A DNA stretch of 45,057 nt from a bacterium (lineage in GTDB: Bacteria > Patescibacteriota > Saccharimonadia > Saccharimonadales > OMJO01), in assembly GCA_900299395.1 (NCBI GenBank), contig OMJO01000038.1, forward strand, positions 1 to 45,057, read 5' to 3'. The translations under genes were made by a program, and so were the position numbers. This document shows, in pieces, positions 9,901 to 17,956 of this stretch (its first letter is position 1; the number at the start of each line of letters is the position of its first letter). The notes beneath the pieces are model-generated. The model was not told the DNA's origin, did no database searches, and saw nothing but the letters and a program-made list of their open reading frames with translations.

Positions 9901-10563
9901 TGCGTCACATGTAATGACGGCCGGGATATGTAACTCTTCCGCAAGTTTCAATGTACCTTCGGTAACCTGGACTTGCTCTTGCCAAACGCTTGGATGGTCC
10001 GCGTGACCATGATCTTGCACCTCTAAATAGTATCGATCGCCAAAAACTGATTTATACCATTCTGCCGTGCTTTTTGCTTGCTCGTATTGCCCCTGGCGAA
10101 GAGCATCACCGACCTCTCCACCTATACAACCACTGAGTACAATCAATCCCTCGTTGTATTTTTCTAGTAGTTCGTGGTCGATACGGGGCTTGTAATAATA
10201 CCCTTCGAGATTTGCTATCGTGCTGAGCCTCATGAGGTTCTGGTACCCCGTTTGGTTCATAGCCAACAGTATTAGGTGATAGTATGTCTTGTCCTTTGTG
10301 GCATCTTTGTCGGTATAGTGTCTCGCCGCTACATATCCCTCCATGCCCAGTATTGGCTTGATACCTCGGGCTTTGGCTGCTTTATAGAATTCAATAACTC
10401 CGGATAATGTGCCATGATCAGTGATTGCCACAGCCTTCATACCCAGCTGCTCAACGTAATCCAAGAGCGCAGGTACTTTTGTTAGACCATCAAGCAAACT
10501 GTATTGCGTATGGTTATGAAGATGTACAAAATCACTGGAATGCAACGATTTTTTTGCAGCCAC
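6952..10563 (-). CDS. dnaE: DNA polymerase III alpha subunit
   Basis: 1203 aa with an N-terminal PHP domain (FVHLHNHTQYSLLDG), polymerase core and OB fold. GTG start with AGGGG 5 nt upstream. Confidence 0.95.
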   Translation of the reverse strand: MAAKKSLHSSDFVHLHNHTQYSLLDGLTKVPALLDYVEQLGMKAVAITDHGTLSGVIEFYKAAKARGIKPILGMEGYVAARHYTDKDATKDKTYYHLILLAMNQTGYQNLMRLSTIANLEGYYYKPRIDHELLEKYNEGLIVLSGCIGGEVGDALRQGQYEQAKSTAEWYKSVFGDRYYLEVQDHGHADHPSVWQEQVQVTEGTLKLAEELHIPAVITCDAHYLKHKDQEAHEILLCVQTGSFLSDEKRMSLKDFELHVTDPQEIIKRWGAKYPDLIRNTAAVAERCDVEITLGQYLIPKFPVPASETEKSYLDQLTYHGLLRRYGEGAASKKLTVAQIKKELPKDIVERAEYELGVIDRMGFNGYFLIVQDFITWGKDQGIVFGPGRGSGAGSIVAYALRITELDPLMYDLLFERFLNPDRISMPDFDIDIQDSRRDEVIQYCVDKYGEDRVANIVTFGRMAARNAVRDVARVLQVPYAEADRWAKMIPPPIQGRHTPLEQSLLNAPDLKHEYETNEQAKRVFDLAVQLEGTMRSHGVHAAGVVIAPDEIVKFVPLEKAQKGVIATQYSMGPIDELGLLKMDFLGLSNLTIIKNALRIIKRVHGTDIEINNIPLTDKKTFTLLQKGDTTGVFQLESAGMKRYLKELKPNVFEDIVAMVALYRPGPMQWIDDFIARKHGEKKIEYLHPAMEPALKSSYGVIVYQEQVMQISKEMCGFTGGQADTLRKAIGKKIPEVMKKLKAEFIEGAIKTVGADRATMDTFWKQLEDFAAYCFNKAHAACYALIAYQTAYLKANYPAAFMAALMTSDFDNTDRLAIEITECKHMGIEVLAPDVNESFVEFAVVPEQNQIRFGLAAIKNVGTAAVEEILRARQEASFADLEDFFARVSTRVVNRKALESLIKASAFDRFGERDVLLHNLDVMLAYGGRLQKQAASGQTDLFGNAIEEVAAQPKLSLDKPANRIEVREQLLWERELLGLYLSQHPLEAFEHLLAEHTIPLNTLTVDHDNKVVSVGGSIIDMREITTKNGQKMAFVKVADRFSEIELILFPGIYQKTTGIWERDRVVLAKGKLSTKDKNGASGTELRVLVDDARELTSEQAVAYQPTGEKPKVPKASKPKAAQVLPTVEDLPQRLYIRIEKGDDHQMLLTLKSIIDGNVGKTEVVLVLGPEVNKQIIRLPSRVEGSDAVMSELQKIVGETNVRLK

Positions 10564-10637
10564 AAATACCCCTAGCTTTTATAGGTATATTGTAATCTAT
10601 CGTGTGCGTGACAGCGATGCTTATAATTACAACGCTT

Positions 10638-11048
10638 CTAAGCGTTCTTCTTTTGCAGATATTTCTTGAGGTGTTCGACGGCGTTTGTTGCCTCATTTAC
10701 GGCCTTTTCAAGATCTTTGTCATCAGCCCCACCTTCATGAACTGCACTGAGAATTTCGCGTGCCTTTTCTTTGGCGACCTGCGCATTGGCAAGCAGCTCG
10801 GTCAGCTCTTTCTTGCCTGCAGCCTTGAGCTGTTTAGCTTTTTCCGTACCTTTGTCTATCAACTGGCTAAGTTCACTGTGGAGGCTTTTAAGTTTTTTCT
10901 CAGCCTCTGCCTTTGCCCGCAACGATGCATCGTGAATATCTTTCCGTGTTTCTTTGCCGCTCTTTGGTGCCGTAAGAATCCCTGCTACATAACCCGCTAT
11001 ACCAGCAATAACACTACCAATTGCGAGTTGCTTAAGATACTTCTTCAT
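10638..11048 (-). CDS. YtxH domain-containing protein
   Basis: 136 aa. The N-terminal GSVIAGIAGYVAGILTAPKSGKETRKDI motif followed by a helical K/E-rich region is typical of YtxH. Confidence 0.7.
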   Translation of the reverse strand: MKKYLKQLAIGSVIAGIAGYVAGILTAPKSGKETRKDIHDASLRAKAEAEKKLKSLHSELSQLIDKGTEKAKQLKAAGKKELTELLANAQVAKEKAREILSAVHEGGADDKDLEKAVNEATNAVEHLKKYLQKKNA

Positions 11049-11323
11049 TATTCCTCCTTGGAACTCTTACTTTTACTGCGTTTCTGAAAGGCTGCTTCAG
11101 CAATATTCGCTAAAAAGCGACCGATTGCTACTGGACCTGCTGCTTTCTGAAAGAACTCAGTTACTGCGCCGGCCTGGTCGGCAATGTGTTCAGCCTTTTC
11201 TGCAGCTTTTTTGACATGATTTAAGATTTTGATGACAAGAATCACAGCCACAATTGAGAGCAGAAGGAAGACCGCCAACGCGGAGGATAGAATTACAACC
11301 AGTATCCGTTCTGCTCCATTCAT
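11048..11323 (-). CDS. Small membrane protein (DUF948-like)
   Basis: 91 aa with an N-terminal TM followed by an amphipathic helix. Its stop abuts the start of the YtxH gene. The family call is tentative. Confidence 0.5.
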   Translation of the reverse strand: MNGAERILVVILSSALAVFLLLSIVAVILVIKILNHVKKAAEKAEHIADQAGAVTEFFQKAAGPVAIGRFLANIAEAAFQKRSKSKSSKEE

Positions 11324-11352
11324 GCTTAGTAGTATACAGCAATGCTCAAGCC

Positions 11353-12243
11353 CTACACAGAAAGGCTGCGCAAATACTCCATAAAGTTATCTTTGATGTC
11401 GTCGTGTTTGAGCGCAAAATCAACGACCGTCTTTACATACTCGAGTTTATTGCCGGTGTCATAGTATTTAGCATTTTTGACTTCAACAGCCAGAAGCTGC
11501 TTGCCGTCAGTAATCATTTGCCGCATAGCTGGCTGAACTTGAAACTCTTGGCCTTCGGGAATTTCATGACTAGCTTTTTTTAAATACTCAAAAATGTCGG
11601 GAGTCAGTAAGTAGCCACCTATACTTGCAAGGTTTGAAGGAGCCTGCTCCTTGCCTGGCTTTTCGACAATGGTGGTCATGCGGAGTACACCGTCTTCCAT
11701 TTCGTCACCCGCCACAATGCCATATCGCTTGAAGTCGACATCCTTTTCAACACGGATACAGGGTAATACTGAACTTTTGGTCTTCTCGTACTGCGTAATC
11801 ATCTGTGAAAAGCGGTTGGGCTCAGCAACAATAAGATCATCGGCATAGGTGTATATGAAGGGTTCGTCTCCGATGAGGTGTTGCACATTCATTAACGGCG
11901 TGGCGTTACCGTACGGTCCTTTTTGGCGTACATACACAAAGTTTGCCAAGTCCGAGATACGCTTCGTTTGCTCAAGCAAATCTTCTTTACCGCCATTTTT
12001 CAGATTTAAGCGAAGGTCGGTACTCATGTAATCGAAGTGATCCTCGATAGATCGTTTATGATACCCCGTAACGATCACAATATCTTCAATGCCTGCCTCT
12101 GCCAGCTCCTCTACAATATACTGAATAATCGGTTTGTCGACGAGGGGCAACATCTCCTTGGGCATTGCTTTTGTCTGAGGCAAGAAACGTGTGCCAAACC
12201 CAGCGGCAGCAATTACGGCTTTTCGAACGGGCAGTACACTCAT
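11353..12243 (-). CDS. galU: UTP--glucose-1-phosphate uridylyltransferase
   Basis: KAVIAAAGFGTRFLPQTKAMPKEMLP motif. I chose ATG 12243 (MSVLPVRK) because TACAAT 12255..12250 lies 6 nt upstream. The tracked ORF extends to 12309. Confidence 0.9.
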   Translation of the reverse strand: MSVLPVRKAVIAAAGFGTRFLPQTKAMPKEMLPLVDKPIIQYIVEELAEAGIEDIVIVTGYHKRSIEDHFDYMSTDLRLNLKNGGKEDLLEQTKRISDLANFVYVRQKGPYGNATPLMNVQHLIGDEPFIYTYADDLIVAEPNRFSQMITQYEKTKSSVLPCIRVEKDVDFKRYGIVAGDEMEDGVLRMTTIVEKPGKEQAPSNLASIGGYLLTPDIFEYLKKASHEIPEGQEFQVQPAMRQMITDGKQLLAVEVKNAKYYDTGNKLEYVKTVVDFALKHDDIKDNFMEYLRSLSV

Positions 12244-12307
12244 AGGACAATTGTACCATTCATGATTCTTGATTCGAGATAAATTAAGCGTACAATACGT
12301 GTCAATC

Positions 12308-12970
12308 ATGAGTGAAATCCCATCTTCACCAGAGGTTCAGATCCCGATTGCATTTGAGGCTCAAATGGATGAGCTACGCGAATGGGCACGCCCCCTGCAT
12401 CATGTTGAAGCGGATTATCACCCATTTGAACACGCCGAGTCAGTATACGAAGCAAGTATGTGGCTGGCCGATCGTTATGAAGAAATGGGCCATACCGTTA
12501 ATCGGCGGCTCCTTGGCTTCACAAGCCTCGGGCACGATATTATGGTGAACGCACCACTCAATGAGTCATTCGTGCCAGGGCACGTATTTCCCAGCTTTGA
12601 GCACCGATCGGCCTTTTTTACGGCACAGTTTTTGGCAATCAGAGGATACGATATAGAAACGATCGTGCAGCCAACACATGATCTTATCGTGGCAACAAAA
12701 AATGGTGAGCCATGCAACACACTTGAAGCCATCATCCTACGCATGGCGGATATATTTAACACACAGGATTTTGATACATTTAAAGACAGGGCTGAGGCAT
12801 TCTATAACGAAAAATGCCGTTTCGATAATGAACAACGCTCATTTGTTGAGTGGCTCCCCGGAGCTATGGGTTACTTACGAGGCTTTTTAGATAAAAATTT
12901 ACCAGAGTGGTTCACGCAAACAGCGTTACGGCACATTAACAAACTACTCAACGAGTGTAAGCCGAATTAA
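12308..12970 (+). CDS. HD-domain protein (putative phosphohydrolase)
   Basis: Shows an H...HD...D arrangement (FEHAESV, SLGHDIMV, LRMADIF). I chose ATG 12308; the tracked ORF starts at a TTG at 12269. Confidence 0.5.
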   Translation: MSEIPSSPEVQIPIAFEAQMDELREWARPLHHVEADYHPFEHAESVYEASMWLADRYEEMGHTVNRRLLGFTSLGHDIMVNAPLNESFVPGHVFPSFEHRSAFFTAQFLAIRGYDIETIVQPTHDLIVATKNGEPCNTLEAIILRMADIFNTQDFDTFKDRAEAFYNEKCRFDNEQRSFVEWLPGAMGYLRGFLDKNLPEWFTQTALRHINKLLNECKPN

Positions 12971-14415
12971 CCAATTTTTTCCTTGAGCAGTTTTTGAGCG
13001 AGCGAAGGGTTGGCCTGACCTCTTGAATGTTTCATTACTTGACCCACAAGATACCCTATCGCTTTCATTTCGCCAGCCTTAACATCTGCCACTGCTTGGG
13101 GGTTGTCTGCTATAACCGCATCAACAATTTTACCGACCGCCCCTTCGTCAGACACCTGAAGCAGCTTTTTGTCTTCGGCAATTTTGAGCGGATCGCCACC
13201 ACGCAGCACTAACTCTTCTAGAATTTGCTTGGCAGCAGTTGAGCTAACTTTCTTATCCTCAACCATTGCTGCCAGCACTAGCATAGATTGGCCGTCCAGC
13301 TTTGCGTCATCCCACGTTATTTTCTGCGCTACAACCATGGCCTGCACATCACTCGTTAGCCACGCGGCAATCTTTTTTGCAGCGTGAACATCACCCTTTT
13401 CTAAAACAGTCAGCATAAAACGCCCCGCTTGCAATTCTTCAACAAGCGTTTCTACCGCTGAATTATCGAGCTGTAAGGTGCTCAACTGTTGACGAAGTTC
13501 GCCCGGCATCACTGGCATATCTTTTTTTATCTTCGCAATAAATGATGGGTCTAGATCTAGCGGTGGGATATCAGGTTCAGGGAAATAGCGATAGTCATGC
13601 GCCTCTTCTTTTGTCCTCTGACTAAATGTTTTCTGCTTGGCGTCATCCCAACCACGAGTTTCCTGAACAATAACTTCACCCTTTTCTAGTAACTCTATCT
13701 GGCGATTAGCTTCATGCTCAACCGCCTTTTCAACGCTTCTGAAACTATTAAGGTTCTTCGTTTCGGTGCGCGTTCCCAGATTGTCCGTTTTACTAACACT
13801 CACATTCACATCGAAACGCATGTTGCCATAGTATAAGTTCGCGTCACTAACATCAGCATATCGGATGAGCAGATACAGCTCTTTCGCATAGGCTTTAGCT
13901 TCAGCTGCCGAATGAATTTGGGGCTCGCTGACAATCTCAAGCAGCGGGGTCCCAGCACGGTTTAAGTCAATGAGGCTGTACTCTTTACCCGACGGGTGTG
14001 TGCTTTTACCGGCATCCTCTTCTAAGTGCGCGCGAGTAATGGCGATGTCTTTTTGATTGCCGTCAACCACAATAGTCACATGTCCGCCGAGAATGATAGG
14101 TTGATCAAACTGCGTTATCTGATAGCCTTTTGGCAGGTCCGGGTAGAAGTAGTGTTTGCGATCAAACTTACTGAATAGTTGTGGTTCCGTCTTGAGCGCA
14201 AATGCCGCTTTTATAGCTAAGCACACTGCCGCTTCGTTGAGCACCGGCAGGGCACCAGGCATACCCAGGTCAATATGACTAATCAGTGTATTAGCGGGTG
14301 CTTCCCGCGCATCATTTCCTACGGCAGAGAACAACTTCGTCTTTGTCTTCAGCTGGACATGACATTCTATACCAACGGTTATACGATACTGTTTACGAGT
14401 TTCTGGACTGACCAT
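12967..14415 (-). CDS. gatB: Asp/Glu-tRNA amidotransferase subunit B
   Basis: 482 aa, GatB pattern throughout (IGIECHVQL, YFYPDLPKGYQITQ, C-terminal YqeY-like tail). Confidence 0.95.
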   Translation of the reverse strand: MVSPETRKQYRITVGIECHVQLKTKTKLFSAVGNDAREAPANTLISHIDLGMPGALPVLNEAAVCLAIKAAFALKTEPQLFSKFDRKHYFYPDLPKGYQITQFDQPIILGGHVTIVVDGNQKDIAITRAHLEEDAGKSTHPSGKEYSLIDLNRAGTPLLEIVSEPQIHSAAEAKAYAKELYLLIRYADVSDANLYYGNMRFDVNVSVSKTDNLGTRTETKNLNSFRSVEKAVEHEANRQIELLEKGEVIVQETRGWDDAKQKTFSQRTKEEAHDYRYFPEPDIPPLDLDPSFIAKIKKDMPVMPGELRQQLSTLQLDNSAVETLVEELQAGRFMLTVLEKGDVHAAKKIAAWLTSDVQAMVVAQKITWDDAKLDGQSMLVLAAMVEDKKVSSTAAKQILEELVLRGGDPLKIAEDKKLLQVSDEGAVGKIVDAVIADNPQAVADVKAGEMKAIGYLVGQVMKHSRGQANPSLAQKLLKEKIG

Positions 14416-14833
14416 CTGGCAGTGCTCCTATGTCAATCAATGCTTGGCGATACGCAACCAGTGCAGCTTTGACTTTTGCTTCACTTAAACGCGTTGCTGG
14501 ATTATCAATAACTTTCTTTGTGAGGTTATGCGCCGCCCAGACCCCGTCGTTGTTGGTTAATCTCCGTTGTGCAGAGACGAGACGTTCACCCATGCGCTTA
14601 CCGCGAAATTTTCTCCGCTTCAAGGCCTTATCAAGCAGCCTGTCGGCATCAACAAGTGCTTTAGGCCACATCGTCCGATCACGGCAAAACGACTGCAACT
14701 CTTTCCATTCAACGCGATACTTATCAACTTTTAGGCGCCGTGGCTTCTTCCACACAACAAGTGCCATAACCACAAATAGTACAGGCAATGCAATTACTGC
14801 GCCAAGAATTAGATCATGTATTTCAAGATTCAT
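14393..14833 (-). CDS. Hypothetical N-terminally anchored membrane protein inside the gat operon
   Basis: 146 aa with one TM (LILGAVIALPVLFVVMALVVW) followed by a basic helical domain. It overlaps the gatA stop by 4 nt and the gatB start by 23 nt. Confidence 0.6.
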   Translation of the reverse strand: MNLEIHDLILGAVIALPVLFVVMALVVWKKPRRLKVDKYRVEWKELQSFCRDRTMWPKALVDADRLLDKALKRRKFRGKRMGERLVSAQRRLTNNDGVWAAHNLTKKVIDNPATRLSEAKVKAALVAYRQALIDIGALPDGQSRNS

Positions 14834-16251
14834 GCGGTCTCCTTTATTTTTGCTGCTAGCGACAATAGTGCGCGATCATGCTTTTGCGGAGCCATGAGCT
14901 GCAAGCCAACCGGCAAACCTTGCACTTTTGCCACAGGTACCGAGACAGCTGGAATCCCCACTAGACTGGCAGCTACCGTCATGATGTCAACTAAGTACAT
15001 CTGCAACGGGTCGTCGACGTTTTTACCTATCTCAAAAGCCGTCATAGGAGCAACAGGCCCAGCCAGAAAATCAACTTTTTTAAAGGCGCGTGTAAACTCT
15101 TCGACTAGTTTAGTTCGTACTGTTTGCGCTTTTTTGTAGTAGGCATCGTAGTAGCCACTGCTCAGCACATATGTCCCGATCATAATGCGCCGCTTTGCCT
15201 CATCACCAAAACCCTCGCTTCGCGACCAGTTATAACTTTCTTCTAGGGATTTCGCGTCTGCATGTGAAAAGCCATAGTGTTGGCCGTCATAGCGACTAAG
15301 ATTACTGCTCACCTCCGCTGGGCAAATTATGTAGTAGCAGGCAAGCGCCAACGGCAATGAAGGCAAGCTGACACTAACAATGTTAGCCCCTGCAGCCTGC
15401 AACTGTTTTACTGCAGCTTCTATTTCTTTTCGAATTGCTGGATCCACACCTTCGTCCATATACTCGGCGATGATGCCAACAGTTTTCCCCTTTACCGATA
15501 CATCTAACGTTGTATACGGGGAGGTGTCGCGTTCGATAGTCGTGCCGTCTAAGTCATCTCTGCCAGACATAACATCTAACACCAGTGCAGCATCCTCGAC
15601 GGTCCGCGCTAAAGGCCCGATGACGTCAGTACTGCTGGCCATGGCGATAACACCACTGCGTGAGACCAACCCATAGGTCGGCTTGTAGCCGACTGCTCCA
15701 GTAAACGATGCTGGTAGACGTATAGAACCACCGGTGTCCGTCCCAAGTGCGAAAGGAGCCATATCAAGTACTACCGCCGCAGCCGAACCACCCGATGAGC
15801 CACCGGGTACACGAGATGTGTCGTGCGGATTTTTAGTGGTCATGACGTCGCTGTTTTCAGTGCTAGCACCGTGAGCAAATGCATCAAGGTTGGCCTTGGC
15901 AACACATATCGCACCTTCTGCTTCTAGCTTTTCAATCGCTGTTGCCTGATACGGAGCCTCAAACCCCTTGAGAATATTGCTAGCAGCGGTTGTTTCGCTA
16001 CCAAATGTCAGCATATTGTCTTTGGCGATAAACGGTACACCGGCTAGACGACCAATCTTCTCACCTTTTGCTACCCGTTTATCTATGTCTGCGGCGCGGT
16101 TTTCTGCTCGTTCTTTGATAACGGCGATGATCGCCTGATACTCTTGTTTATCTTCAATGGTCTTTAGGGCCTGTCGTACCAGTTCGGTGGCTTGTACCTT
16201 TCCCGCCTCTACACTTTGGACAATATCAGCAATAGAAGGCCACTGACTCAC
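14830..16251 (-). CDS. gatA: Glu-tRNA(Gln) amidotransferase subunit A
   Basis: 473 aa with the amidase signature GGSSGGSAAAV and a GatA-like N-terminus. Confidence 0.95.
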   Translation of the reverse strand: MSQWPSIADIVQSVEAGKVQATELVRQALKTIEDKQEYQAIIAVIKERAENRAADIDKRVAKGEKIGRLAGVPFIAKDNMLTFGSETTAASNILKGFEAPYQATAIEKLEAEGAICVAKANLDAFAHGASTENSDVMTTKNPHDTSRVPGGSSGGSAAAVVLDMAPFALGTDTGGSIRLPASFTGAVGYKPTYGLVSRSGVIAMASSTDVIGPLARTVEDAALVLDVMSGRDDLDGTTIERDTSPYTTLDVSVKGKTVGIIAEYMDEGVDPAIRKEIEAAVKQLQAAGANIVSVSLPSLPLALACYYIICPAEVSSNLSRYDGQHYGFSHADAKSLEESYNWSRSEGFGDEAKRRIMIGTYVLSSGYYDAYYKKAQTVRTKLVEEFTRAFKKVDFLAGPVAPMTAFEIGKNVDDPLQMYLVDIMTVAASLVGIPAVSVPVAKVQGLPVGLQLMAPQKHDRALLSLAAKIKETA

Positions 16252-16541
16252 TACAACATCCTCCTAACCTTGAAGTGTCCATCTTGTGTAGCGGGAGCAT
16301 TTTTCAGTAATGCATCAGGTGACGCCCCATAATCCTTAACTTCGTCTGGTCGCATGACGTTTTGTAGCCCTGTTACCTGGCTGGTAGGCTGTACAGCCTT
16401 CAAATCTACACTTTGCAGCTGCTCAACATAACCCAAGATAGCGGTGATCTCTTTCTGAAACCGCTCGACCTCTTCATCCGTCAGATGCAAACGCGAAAGC
16501 CGCGCCAGCTTTAAGACATCATCTCGTGTTAATTTCGCCAT
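16251..16541 (-). CDS. gatC: Asp/Glu-tRNA amidotransferase subunit C
   Basis: MAKLTRDDVLKLARLSRLHLTDEE is a typical GatC N-terminus. I chose ATG 16541 because TATACT lies 7 nt upstream. The stop overlaps the gatA start by 1 nt. Confidence 0.85.
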   Translation of the reverse strand: MAKLTRDDVLKLARLSRLHLTDEEVERFQKEITAILGYVEQLQSVDLKAVQPTSQVTGLQNVMRPDEVKDYGASPDALLKNAPATQDGHFKVRRML

Positions 16542-16635
16542 TTGACTAAGTATAACAGAGGCAATCAACAATTGTCTTTACAAAATGTAAAAGCAGGAGG
16601 AGGATAAGAATAAGCGTAAAACGCGGGAAAGAAAC

Positions 16636-17577
16636 ATGGCGACCGAACTGCAGCCAGTTATAGCAAACCCGCCCGAGCTCGACCCGGGTGCTGAGATAAG
16701 CGCCTCAAACGAGTTTGAAACAACCACCACTCATGGTGAAGTTGTCGTAGCCGGCACTACTGTTGAATATACTATCGAGTCACCACCCGAGGACCATATC
16801 GTGTACGAGGGGTTAGCAATCATTGCGCCTGGTTTTGGTGGTTTTAAGCGAACGTCACGACCTCTCCGGCACGAGATGGCTCTGGCTGGCGTTGTAAGCG
16901 TTAGCTATAGCCCCGTCAGGCGCGATGATCATAGTTTGTGGTCACGGCTGGCACGATCCCAACAGGCCCATGCCGACACCATTACTGCCGTCGCCAGCGA
17001 CATCGCAGACCAAGACTTCAGTGATACCGATGTGCCACCCGTTGATGTTACTCGCCGAGTCCTACTGCCCCATTCCATGGGCGGGCTAGCAACGGCACAA
17101 CACGCCAGTGATACACCGCATGGCACAACCGAAGCAATCATAAATCTAGCTGCAGCCGGCTTTGGCTCGCCCACTATACCGGAACTGCTAGAGACCATTC
17201 CTAAAAACCTGCACCACGCGGTATTCAAAGAGTTAATACCGTTTGTGATGTCTGGTAAGGTTGACGTCACTCCGCAGAACTTCTGGCGGTTCTTGCACTA
17301 CTATGGAGTTAATCCCACGCGGACAATTGGCGAAATATACGCATGCCTGTCGACTGACGTCAGACCAACAGTATGGCAATTAGGTCGACAGGGTGTACTA
17401 AGTGCCTTCCTGGCCTTTGAGCATGATGCGCTCATACCGCCACATGACAATCTCGGTGACACTGTTGACTACTATGAAGTCATGCCAGGAGCCGGGCATA
17501 TGGCACCACAGCTCAAAGCCAAAGAGGTAGCACAAGGTGTAGTCGACACTATGGAAGTACTTGATATCGCTGCCTAG
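16636..17577 (+). CDS. Alpha/beta hydrolase fold protein
   Basis: 313 aa with the nucleophile elbow HSMGG and a late GAGHM motif. The substrate is unknown. Confidence 0.6.
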   Translation: MATELQPVIANPPELDPGAEISASNEFETTTTHGEVVVAGTTVEYTIESPPEDHIVYEGLAIIAPGFGGFKRTSRPLRHEMALAGVVSVSYSPVRRDDHSLWSRLARSQQAHADTITAVASDIADQDFSDTDVPPVDVTRRVLLPHSMGGLATAQHASDTPHGTTEAIINLAAAGFGSPTIPELLETIPKNLHHAVFKELIPFVMSGKVDVTPQNFWRFLHYYGVNPTRTIGEIYACLSTDVRPTVWQLGRQGVLSAFLAFEHDALIPPHDNLGDTVDYYEVMPGAGHMAPQLKAKEVAQGVVDTMEVLDIAA

Positions 17578-17739
17578 TTCATTGCTTTTTTATTACGTTT
17601 ATGGTATAATCTTCTGGTTCTGGTCGAGGTGAATCCCAGACGTTTCTTTGACAGATTAGCTCTAGGCTGGCAACCAGCGCACCCTCGTGTGTTGATTGCC
17701 CGTCTAGAAATTCTAGTACGCGAGCAGAAAGCTGTTCAT

Positions 17740-17915
17740 GTCCGTCTACCGCCCTGAGGTCATCAACCTTCAGCCTGGCAGCGATCACATCGTGATCGCC
17801 CAGTTCCCGGCGCGCGCCCGGTTGGCCGTTGCGGCCAACGACGCTGGCGAGGGGCTGGGGATGAGCAACCGTGCTCAACAAATCCCCGCCCCTTTCGCCG
17901 CTCTCACCACTAATC
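17740..17915. other. GC-rich, hairpin-dense island in convergent intergenic space
   Basis: My hand count for 17751..17900 is about 100 of 150 G+C. Perfect hairpins lie at 17783..17801 and 17822..17840 (8 bp plus triloop each). A long bulged hairpin spans 17852..17893. The tracked ORFs 17579..17881(-) and 17738..17938(+) overlap it. Confidence 0.6.
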
Positions 17916-17956
17916 TGTCATTTAACCTAGGTTTTTAAGGAAATTGAAAGCTTGGG

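Noticed and set aside
17579-17881. 100-aa minus-strand ORF annotated as a normal CDS.
   Set aside because: It has a TTG start with no promoter or RBS, and the frame is open further upstream without an ATG. A 66-aa ORF on the other strand is equally open, which is typical of GC-rich DNA. No family motif was recognised. I kept it as part of the GC-island finding instead.
17852-17893. Long GC hairpin as the intrinsic terminator of the alpha/beta hydrolase gene.
   Set aside because: It lies about 275 nt past the stop codon and is followed by only three T residues (TTTCGCC). On the minus strand there is no U-tract at all, so it does not terminate uvrB either.
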